Of a DNA stretch of 64,000 bases, positions 54,135 to 64,000 are shown one piece after another. A model generated the notes under the pieces. That model saw only the letters and a program-made list of their open reading frames with translations, searched no databases and had not been told where the DNA came from. The stretch is from Euprymna scolopes (lineage: Eukaryota), in the NCBI GenBank assembly GCA_053919585.1, contig CM132824.1; one strand, 5' to 3'. Made by a program: the position numbers and the translations under genes. Every line of letters starts with the position of its first letter. Position 1 is the first letter of the stretch.

Positions 54135-54640
54135 GGTAATTTTCATTGAGTAACGTGTACAACAACAAAATGACCACTGGCAAAATAATTATGTAGCACT
54201 TTGTTAATCTCAAGTTGTCCCCCTCTTCTTACAATAATTTAATGAACAATTACGCCATAACCGGAAGTGACTCCTTCTTACAGTCTACTCGCATAAAAAT
54301 GAGGAGTTAATATTAGGGAGATTTTTCTAATTAAGGTAGTCGCCAATCTACGTTATGATATTCTCAAGTCGTCCATCACTGTACACCATAATTTTAATAT
54401 GATTGATTTTATCACCTTAATTAACCCTCTCTGCCTATCCCTCGCCTACTCGAATAAACAAGAGGATGTATTGTCTGAGAAGTTTATCTCATTTCAACAG
54501 CGCCAATCTTTGTGATGATAATTTCGAGTTGTCCCATATTAAACACAAAAATCTGAAGAGAAATAACGTCATCATTGCATGTTACTACCCTGGGTACATC
54601 CCCCACACTCGAAAAAATTAACAATAAACTTTCTGATCTA
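54135..54640 (-). mobile_element. Highly decayed LINE RT region (RTE/RTE-X-like)
   Basis: In minus-strand order: frameshifted VPQG-like / DVISLQIFVFNMGQLE, IHPLVYS (YADD position), IKIMVYS, EKSP*Y*LLIF (YKYLG position), MA*LFIKLL..LRLTKCYIIILPVVILLLY, running directly into the first satellite unit. Confidence 0.45.
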
Positions 54641-54769
54641 GTCGCACGATTCGAAATACGAAACAAAAAACACATTTAACCGCAAATCGCGACAATCTAA
54701 CTGATGAGAAAAATATGAATCGCAACACAAAGCGATCGCCATCATCATCATGTCGTATGCACCCGAAGA

Positions 54770-54962
54770 TTATACTGTTGGCATTGGTTTCCCCGATATT
54801 TTTCCAGTCAGAATTATTTCTAGAAAAACTCTCGGTACTTAAGAGTGGGACCAGAGGGATATTGTCAAAACTCTAAGTTAAAATGTCTTTGCAGAAACGA
54901 AGTAAATTCGAACTTTGATCCCGCAAGTCGTCAGCCCGTGACTTTAACCTCTTGATCACCGT
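54770..54962 (-). mobile_element. tRNA-derived SINE fragment
   Basis: Minus strand GGTGATCAAGAGGTTAAAGTC..AGTTCGAAT, with box A/B spacing. Confidence 0.4.
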
Positions 54963-55951
54963 CAACTACAAACGGAATAATTAATAATATAAAGCGATGA
55001 AATGCAAACATTTATAGTTCTGATCCTGTAAAAACCCAATTGTCCTGCTTCAAATAATCTAACTTAAGATCAATGAAGTGTATGACTATTGTAGCCACAT
55101 TTTTCCTTAGTGGAGTATGATCCTTTGCTGGGTCCGTAGAGTTATTGGTGTGTTAATAAACCTATATAGGACTACCACGCCAGCTGGCATTGCAGGGTCA
55201 TAAACCACTCTTAAATATATTTAGATTCATGTTGACTTTGTATGTATTCTTATACATACAAACTCTGTTGATTATTATATTGTAGACAATATATGGTAGT
55301 TCTTTAACAATTCGACTTGGGTGCCATCAGCTAGAATTGGAACGAAAACATTAAGAATTTCAGCATTATCCGTAACTATATGAGCATGAAACAGATTAAT
55401 ATCAGAGCTGTAACATCTAACTTTATAAACGTATATTTACATATGCGTACAGGATAAAAGTCGACTTTGCCTGCTAAGTTCCTGTTTTAAATTTTGGCAA
55501 CTTAGTTTGTTATTACTTAAAGCTCTTTTGAGATCTAGCATTTTTATACATAGCTCCAACTGTTCAATAATTCATCCATCTCGAATTTTCCCTTAAAAAA
55601 TGTCTACTCCTTCCAAGGGGGGACTATTTATACAACGTTGCCCAATCATTGAATAAATACAATATAAATGTAAGCTTAAAAGATTAAACTCTGACTTTAA
55701 TTCAAATCTCCCATTAATAAATATCCTATAACCCATAAACTCTATAAAAAAAAAATATGACTCACGTAAATCTTTGCTTCCAGTTAATGACTCTTAAATA
55801 AGCCGAGAGATAACCAGCTTCTCATTATGGCTAATCAATTTTCTCAACAAGATACTATCATTCAAATTACACTACGTCTGTGCGGATTAAACCAGCTTCC
55901 TCCAAAGAGGGCGTTCCATGGGAGTATGAAATTCACCAGTGGTACCCAGTA

Positions 55952-55952
<1 letters not shown>

Positions 55953-56005
<53 letters not shown>
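55953..56005. repeat. (TA)n microsatellite
   Basis: Seen directly. Confidence 0.97.
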
Positions 56006-56014
<9 letters not shown>

Positions 56015-56525
56015 AATGAGAGTCGTGTTAAATTTAACACATTAAAGCCAAATAACAACGCGATTTTTTAAAACTTTATAAAATAAACGAATGCTTATTT
56101 TTAAAGAGAGAGATATATTTCGGAGATGTACACTCCTTTTCAATCTGTATATATATATTTTTCCCCGCTTATTCTTCGGCATGATGTCTAATGGAATAAT
56201 TTAAAGTTAAGTCCACTTGATGTTAGCTGTGGTTTTTCTGTATCCGGATAATTACGCGTGGTCGCGCGTGCTTTGAAAGTCTGGGTAGGTTTTTCCATTA
56301 AAGGGGTTGAGTGAAGTTTAAAAATTAACATAAATCAGAAGTGAATTTTCCAATGCATTCATCGTCAAGCCCAAATATCAGCTGACGTGATATATTAAAC
56401 AAACATGACATTTTAATTATTATTTTAAAAAAAGTAGCGCATTATTTCAACGGGCAAATTATTCCTCATAATATATGATATTCAATTGAGGATTGATATA
56501 CACGATATCTGTATAGATTGAAATA

Positions 56526-56575
56526 TCATGTTTAAGCGTACTGTACGACCGGCCAATGCCGGGCGGTCAGCTAGT
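56526..56575 (+). mobile_element. Helitron-type 3' terminus
   Basis: CCGGCCAATGCCGGGCGGTCAGCTAGT, close to 12070-12096. Confidence 0.65.
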
Positions 56576-56979
56576 TATTCTGAAATCACTAATTTAAAAA
56601 ATACTTTATAAGTCTTGTGTAAATCCTCCTCTGTATTTTATAATTCTTATTAATAACGAAGATAATAATACATGAATTTTGAAATTACTTAATCATACAA
56701 TGATCATGGTACCGGACACTCCAAGATTTTCTCTTAAAGACCATAAAGAAAATTTTATATAACATCCCTCGATCCGGTGACTTCGCTCCTCTCAATCAGA
56801 TTTAGATGAAATCAGCAAAGAAAGAAACATTTACTTTCACTCTAAAAAGCGTCAATAATGTAAGTAACTAGCATTCTAACCCAAAGCAAAACACCTATTT
56901 AAATGTTACTACCTTCGGTATTTACACTTATTAACAATCTATATCTTTCATTTTCCTTATTAAAGGTTAAATTTTAGCA

Positions 56980-57010
<31 letters not shown>

Positions 57011-57129
57011 CACAAAGGCGTCAACAATTATCAATACCATGAAGCTACTCGAGGTTTAGGGTTAATGAGTGTACAGTGGTCAAGGAGAACATATCTTAAG
57101 CACCGTTAGTTGTGGGCATTTGGTAAATT

Positions 57130-57690
57130 GGATTACTTAAGAGATCGCTCATCAAGAATTTGTTTATGTGAGGTTCGAAGATCACCATATTGTAGTCAGT
57201 TGGGAAGTAAGAAAACGGATCAACGTTTCGCAGGCGTGCAGTTCTAAGAAAGAAACTTTGTGCATGGACTATACGTTTAAGTTTAGGAACTGGTAAAGAG
57301 TGAAGGAAATTATCGATAATGGTTTCAATTTGACGAGTGTTTTTTTCGTGAAAGTCAGTATAGGAGATTGCAGCTCACACAAGCACTTGCCATAAAAATA
57401 ACGATAAAACAGTGTCAGGCTTGTAACGTCTCTTCTGTGGGGAGGAGCTTTCAAAAAAGAGAAAAGGGCATTCCTTACAAGGCTACAAACTTTATTTTGA
57501 ACTCTGCACGGCAGAATAAGCTGCTCTAGCAGCTCCTACCCAGATGTGACACCAGTACTCCATCCTTTGACGTACTTGTCTCTTATACATGCAGAGAAAT
57601 GCATTATGAGTGAGATATCTAATGGAGCGGTAGAACGATACCAAAATTTTCCCAGCAGCTCAGGTAACGAATTTGATGTACGTGTTCCAT
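57130..57690 (-). mobile_element. Old CR1/Zenon-like LINE 3' fragment
   Basis: HRRDVTSLTLFYRYFYGKCLCELQS parallels HRRNVASLCLFYKYFSGECSDELQS in the element at 60820-61959; upstream EYWCHIW-like sequence. Confidence 0.75.
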
Positions 57691-58349
57691 CTCAAATAAA
57701 AAGTAAAAGTTAGACCTAATAGTTTGTCCAGACATATAGCCTCCCCAAAACGAGAGATATTCACTGCCTGTTCTCATCCATCCTAAACAATTTAACTCTA
57801 CATCACACTGTAGGATCAATCGAGCGGAGGTGGCAACGCTCAACTTATAAAAATTAGTTTCCGTCCAAATTCCCTAAACACATAAAACAGGACTATAAAG
57901 CAGTAAGAAAATTTGAATTAAAATATAAGAATGTTTGAATGTGTTTTCGACAAAGTAATAGAATCGAAGGAAAGCTATTACAAAGTGATCCTGAAAGTGA
58001 TTAGTTAAAACAAACACACTTTAAAACTCTTTACTCTGTTATCGGTATATAGGGGACCGAATTAAAACCATTAATGAAATATTTTGGAATCTGTTCCATT
58101 TCCACAAATTAGTAATAATCTAAGTGTATTCAACAGACGTTTTCAGGTGATTAAATATTTATGCTATCAAATTCCCGTTCAAAGAGATAACATCCCCAAC
58201 TTAGTATATAGCCGAACACAATAGAAGTAAGAAAATCGTAGAGTTGAAGGGGAGCAGGTTATAATGAGAGGTCATCTTTGGAGCAAATTAAAGTACACGT
58301 GGGAGAATGGTTTCTTGAAGGTGAATATTAAAAATACATTATTGTCATG

Positions 58350-58635
58350 TTTTTTTTTTACCTTGTAGATTTCGATGCCTTTTTTCAGTCCGAAAAGATT
58401 ATTTATAGCCCCTGTAAGGTTAGCTGCGCAAGTAATTGTGAAGCACAGGTTGCGGAAAACACAACCGCCCTCCTCATTATCGGCACTGCGTGAGTCCAGT
58501 GGCAGGAATAAGTGCTAGACGACTGGAAACAATGTCATAATGAGAAGAAACTACACACAACATCTAAAATTCTTAAATGGTCACCCATTTTAATAATGAT
58601 CAGGCTTAACGTTGCTTAATTTCGGTGGTCTATGT
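58350..58635 (-). mobile_element. 5S rRNA-derived SINE (SINE3-like) with A-tail
   Basis: Minus strand GACCACCGAAATTAAGCAACG..GCCTG..ATGGGTGACC resembles the 5S internal control region (box A to box C); non-5S body; T-run at 58350-58359. Confidence 0.55.
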
Positions 58636-59329
58636 TACATCTGCGTGCCTATCTGATCATGGTGTATGTAGACTTATCGAATCAAATAATGTATCGGATT
58701 GTCAATTCCAAAATATATTTAAGTTTTATCGGTTGCTTTGAATTTAAAACAGTTGTATTTATTACACGGCCAAACATCTTTCTTACATGTTTAATATTTA
58801 CCACAGATTATGCCATAGAAATAACCCTTTGAACATTTCAGTAACAGAAGCCAAGAACACCTTCATCCAGCTTACAAAAATTTAAGATGTCTCTGATCGA
58901 CTGGCGGTGATAACGGTCAAATTATTCAAATATAAGATCGTGTGTTTGATATCGAAAACCTGAATGAATAATTCTAGAGACATCAAATCAGAATTGTAGT
59001 TGTTACTTTTTAATTGAAAGACATTTATGTGTTCAAATGCTAAGAGCAGAATAACAGATTCTCCAAATTATTGCAAAATTTTTTTTTAAAAAAATCATTT
59101 TTTTTTATAGTTTTCTATTTCATTTCTTCTCTGACACTCAAACACATAATATCCTGCGTCGTTGGAAAACGTTCAAGCGAAAAGGCTAATAAAAAGGTTT
59201 TTTAAACTTGCATTTTAATTCTTTTATTCATTAGACTGCGAAATTTATATATTTATAGCGAATGACATGAAACTTCCGAGTGGTTCACAGTTTACTCAAA
59301 ACATGAGATAGAATCACACAATTAACAAT

Positions 59330-59342
59330 GGATAACCCATAT

Positions 59343-59373
<31 letters not shown>

Positions 59374-59744
59374 ATATATATAACCCATATTATATGTATA
59401 ACATATGTATAAATAATATATATATATATATACATTTAAATAATATATATATAACTTATATATAAATAATATATATAACATATATAAACATTATATATAT
59501 GACATCTATATAAATAACCCATATTATATATATATATGCAGATACATAGATAATCATATTATATATATATAAATATAGAATAACCCATATTATATATATA
59601 TAACATATGTATAAATAATATATATATATAACTTAAATATAAATAATATATATAACATATATATAACATCCATATAAATAACCCATATTATATATATACA
59701 TATACATAAATAACCATATTATATATATACATATAGAATAACCC

Positions 59745-59783
<39 letters not shown>
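59330..59783. repeat. AT-rich compound repeat: AACCCATATTATATAT motif interspersed with (TA)n
   Basis: The motif recurs about 7 times. Confidence 0.85.
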
Positions 59784-59787
<4 letters not shown>

Positions 59788-59949
59788 ATTGCAACGTCTT
59801 GTCAGAGGAGTGCCACTCTCTCAGGCACTTTAAGTCCATGAGCCCCAAAATGACTTCCATCGCGACAGGACCATTTAAATAGACAAAGGCCTGAAGAAAT
59901 ATCTGTACACAGATGATATTACAGAGTCTTACCTTTGTACGAAAGTTAA

Positions 59950-59971
59950 TCTCTCTCTCTCTCTCTCTCTC
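59950..59971. repeat. (CT)n microsatellite
   Basis: Seen directly. Confidence 0.9.
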
Positions 59972-60180
59972 GGTTCAAAATGTTGAGATCCAGCAACAAG
60001 CAAGAGCAAGATAGCCAGCAACAAGTTAAACTGCAAATCAGCTTAATGTGGGTACTGGTCTCCCGCTTTCTGTTTTTTTTTTTTAAATCAGATTTGCTTC
60101 TCCTAGAAAGGTTGCCTTCACCACGGATTACGGGAGCGCTCTCCACCCCAACACACACATACATTCACACAAACACACAC

Positions 60181-60359
60181 GGTGCTAGTTGAACGTTGGC
60201 CCCGAAAAAGGGTACATTCACCCTTTGGAAGGTCTTATTTTGCATCCTTCAGGGAGACTAGCCACCTTCCACACCATTCACGTCTGGTGGGGGAACCAGT
60301 TTAGTCGCCGGTTACCCGACCATGAGGCAGGTAGTACTGGGTTACATGGTACCAGTAGC
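60181..60359 (-). mobile_element. Possible 5' region of an RTE-type LINE or derived SINE
   Basis: GC-rich; minus strand GCTACTGGTACC..TAACCCAGTACTACC..GGTCGGGTAACCGGCGACTAAAC resembles recalled RTE 5' leader motifs. Confidence 0.3.
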
Positions 60360-60595
60360 NNNNNNNNNNNNNNNNNNNNNNNNNNNNNNNNNNNNNNNNN
60401 NNNNNNNNNNNNNNNNNNNNNNNNNNNNNNNNNNNNNNNNNNNNNNNNNNNNNNNNNNNNNNNNNNNNNNNNNNNNNNNNNNNNNNNNNNNNNNNNNNNN
60501 NNNNNNNNNNNNNNNNNNNNNNNNNNNNNNNNNNNNNNNNNNNNNNNNNNNNNNNNNNNNNNNNNNNNNNNNNNNNNNNNNNNNNNNNNNNNNNN
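60360..60595. other. N-run, 236 bp (gap or masking)
   Basis: Seen directly. Confidence 0.99.
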
Positions 60596-60718
60596 GCCCG
60601 GATATATTACACTTCATTTTTCTAAACAGTTCCTTTTTTATACATTTTATATTTGTTTTGTTTTAAAAGATGACGGACGTTGTATTTATGGATATAGAGT
60701 TACGTCTCTTTAAAAAAA

Positions 60719-63700
60719 TTTTTATTTATTTTTTTTTTTTATTACATTTTCACCCCAAACAAGGCAAATTGCCACTTTGGTGTAGGGGGCTACTATCAGG
60801 GGCAACAACTACTGGGGTACTATGTAGGGATTTGGGCAGCAAGGTGTCGGTTCACGTTACACTTGAACTTCTGCACGTCAGTACTGTTGGGGAAGCAGGG
60901 ACCTGGAATGGAATTCCAGAGTCTTGCGGTTCTGGGGAAGAAACTATTGGAGTAAAAAGATCTTTTACATCTAGGGACCTCTACAGTGTGGGGGTGGGAT
61001 CGGGTTTGTCTAGGGTGCTCGCGTCGTGGGGGCACAAGTGATTGCAGTTCATCAGAGCATTCACCACTAAAATACTTGTAGAACAGGCAGAGGGATGCAA
61101 CATTTCGTCGATGGGACAGAGGCTGAAGCTTAGATGCCAGTTCAGGGCCTATCAGATTGGCGACTCTCTTTTGAACCTTGTCAAGGAGCGAGAGACTAGT
61201 AGCAGATGCACCAGCCCAGATGTGGCAGCAATACTCCATACATGGGCGAATGGTGGCCTTATAGAGGTACAGGATACTTTCGGGTGTTAGTAGTTTTCTA
61301 GCACGGTAGAGAGAGCCTACCTTTCTTGCAGCGGCCCTGGCAATGCCTTCAATGTAATTGTTCCAACTCATGTTTCCTGTGAACGTTAGGCCAAGGAGTT
61401 TGAAAGATGGACTCTCAGATAAAGGGTCGTTGGCCATTGCTATTGGTGGTAGAGAGGGTTTCTTGTAATTATTGAATGAAACTAGTTTAGTCTTGGCAGC
61501 ATTGAACGCGACCAACCACTTTTGTCCCCATTCCACTACAGATTGGAGGTCTTCCTCTAGTGTTTCTGCCATTTCTTTAGAAATGTGTTCATTCGTCTTC
61601 CTGTCGTGTCTGCCATAGAGTGTAGTGTCATCAGCATATATACCCATCTCAGAGGCAATGTTGTCGGGGAGGTCATTTATGAATATCAGGAACAATAGAG
61701 GTCCAAGGATAGAACCCTGGGGCACTCCCGCATTTATATCATATTGTTTAGATGTGCGACCGTCGAGGACTACCTGGATTTTTCTCTTATCTAAGAAGGA
61801 TTTAATTATGTTAAGTATTCTACCAGTGATACCGTAAGATCTAATCTTCCTGAGGAGACCCTCATGCCATACCCTGTCAAAAGCCTTAGATATATCTAGA
61901 GCTACCGCTCTGCCTTCCCCCGCTTTGTCCAGTGATTGGTATATACGTTCAGAGATCACGGTGAGGATGTCTGCTGTGGAACGGGCTTGTCTAAATCCAT
62001 ATTGTTTGTCAGTCAGTAGTTTAGCATCTGTAAGATGATGGACTAGAGCATGGTTAATTATGATCTAAAATATTTTGGCAAAAAGTGGGAGGACGCTAAT
62101 GGGGCGATAATTTGATGGGTCTGTCCTTTCGCCAGAATTCTTGAATACTGGTACAACAGAAGCAGTTTTCCAACAGCCCGGAAAGCAAGCTTCATTAAGA
62201 CATTTGTAGAGAACTGGAGCTACTTCGGCTGAGCACTTTTTTAATAGCACAGCTGGGATAAGATCGGGTCCACATGCTTTTGAGGTGTCAAGGTTTTTTA
62301 TGATAGCATGCACCTGAGCAGGGGTGGTTTTCAGATCGTCTAGTGTGGCGTCTGTCCGCATAGGAAAGTCAGGTAGGGGGTGGTTGGAAGGGTCCAGTGT
62401 GGAGTTTGAGGCAAACCGACTGGCAAGCATGTTAGCCTTGTCGGTTGCTGAGGAGACAACCTCGTGATTGTTGGTTAGTGGGGGAATTGTTGATTGCCCA
62501 TTATTTACTACACTGTTGTAGATTTTCCAGAAGTCTCGAGTTCCTAGTTTTTGTGCTTCGATGCGCTTTTTAGTGGTTTCCGTAAATTCTCTCTTAGCTG
62601 TCGCTATTTCTTTCTTAACGTTATTTCTAGCTTCTATATACTTCAGTCTGTTTGAACTGGACTTATGTCGGTTAAACCTACGGTATGCATGCTGCTTTTG
62701 AGTAATGGCAGTTGCACAAGTCGACGTAAACCATTGGGGAGAGTGGGGCTTACTATAAAATTTCCGCATGGGAACATGCGCTTCGATTGCAGTTTTGAAC
62801 CAGTCAGTGGTCTCGTTTGCACACTGTTCAGCAGGGAGAGAGAAAATATTTTTCCATGGAGCATCTCTAATTAGTTCCCTGATGGCTTCCCAGTCAGCCT
62901 TATTATAATATCTCGTTGTTTTGAGCACTGGCTCTTCAGTTTTGGGACTAGAGTTTAGGGCGATTTCAACCATTATCACTGCATGATCAGCGTTCCCGAG
63001 TGGGCTGTGGGCCTTCGCTATGCAGTCATCGGGAACTGTGGTCAAAAACAGATCTAGAAGTGATGCGTGTTGTTCTTCCTGGTCAGGGAAACGGGTTGGA
63101 AACGTAACAATTTGTGATAGGGAGTGAGATATAGCGAAGCTATGGGTTGTGCTGCCCGCTGCATCTGTGTGAGTAGAGAATCCAAGCCAGTTTTTGTGGT
63201 GGACATTAAAGTCACCAAACACATGTATTTGTGCGCTAGTGTCGAGGGACAGTGCCGTGTCTATGCTGTCAGATACTTTGTTTATTATGGAGCAGTCCTG
63301 AGTCGAGGGAGAGCGGTAGAGAAAATAATAGTAGCTAATACTGTGTTGCACGTTTAGTCTAAAGCACATAAAGGCTTGATCATCTGTTTCTAGGTTTGTT
63401 TCTCTAGTCAAGGGAAGGGTATTACGAATGTAAACTCCAAGTCCGTGCATATGTCTGTCAGAGTCCTTACGGCAGAGTGGGAGATATCCAGGCATGTTAA
63501 AGTGGTTAGAGGGAATGGAGGAGTGTAGGTTAGTCTCACTTAGTGCTAAGATATCCGGGGTATTTGTTAAGAGAAATGCTTCAACATCAGCTAAGTTAGT
63601 TCTAAGCCCACGGATATTTGTGAACGAGAGCCTCAAGGGAGGAGGCAAGTTGAATTTGTTTGTCCCTAATCCTGGTTTAAGCTTATTTTTAGATTGTACT

Positions 63701-64000
63701 GTCGTCATATTTTTTTTTAAGAGTTTCGGTAAGGGGGAGCTAAACAAGAGGTTATGCGGAGCTTCAGACATGCATCACAAGTAGACCATCAGCTGACCTT
63801 TCTCCAATTAGGATTGTGGCCTCAGGAAAGCCCACCGGGGATGAGTGCAGGGTCCCTTTCCATGCGCGTCATGGCACTGCAAACAACCCGATATTATTCA
63901 ACTGTTGATGGAGCAGCCGCTCTAAGCGCTACCAAAGAGTTAGGGCTCCTGTACTACCAGTCGGGAACAGCAGCCAGGAACTGTCAATCCGGTACCCTCA
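60719..64000 (-). mobile_element. Young CR1-group (Zenon-like) LINE: 5' leader, APE-RT ORF, short 3' UTR, poly-A; the 5' end may lie outside the window
   Basis: APE motifs (NIRGL, LSET, YRSP, GDFNVH, LDL, DH); RT motifs (YRPIS, QYGFR, DISKAFD, GVPQGS, YADD); RPCMEYCCHIWAGA; T-run at 60719-60740. Confidence 0.93.
60820..63708 (-). pseudogene. Endonuclease-reverse transcriptase ORF broken by one in-frame TAG at 62065-62067
   Basis: The two listed ORFs are in the same frame; the 35 codons between them read IIINHALVHHLTDAKLLTDKQYGFRQARSTADILT. Confidence 0.9.

Noticed and set aside
54094-54180. Host exon on the minus strand (ttttgccag|..VILLLYTLL..IK|gtaaat)
   Set aside because: No partner exons were found and the region is better explained as part of the decayed LINE; RNA-seq could reopen this
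54655-54715. Hammerhead (GAAAC..CTGATGA)
   Set aside because: The flanking stems do not pair
55560-55950. hAT dimerisation-domain relic (INSPPLEGVD)
   Set aside because: A single short motif is not enough support
61042-63784. Plus-strand ORFs overlapping the LINE
   Set aside because: Antisense shadows of the APE-RT frame

Overview
AT-rich eukaryotic (animal-like) window with no host protein-coding gene that I can support. About 55% of it is one 54-bp satellite array (18671-54134, about 655 units), and a 23/24-bp minisatellite (3305-5897) adds about 2.6 kb. The rest is transposable-element debris. This includes a nearly intact APE-RT LINE of CR1/Zenon type with one in-frame stop (60719-64000, minus) and relics of Penelope, Tx1/L1, RLE-type and RTE-like LINEs. 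There are also a Chapaev3-like transposase relic, Helitron-type ends, tRNA- and 5S-derived SINE pieces, microsatellites and three short N-runs. Main observation: both large arrays appear to have grown from inside dead retroelement ORFs. Removing the 23/24-mer array rejoins a Penelope RT sequence, and removing the 54-mer array rejoins, more weakly, an RTE/RTE-X-like RT region. The 54-mer array keeps its register over about 33 kb and shows multi-kb segmental duplications. A degenerate Penelope-type minimal hammerhead ribozyme lies at 10024-10067. Family assignments come from recalled motifs, not database searches. I found no convincing new multi-gene system.
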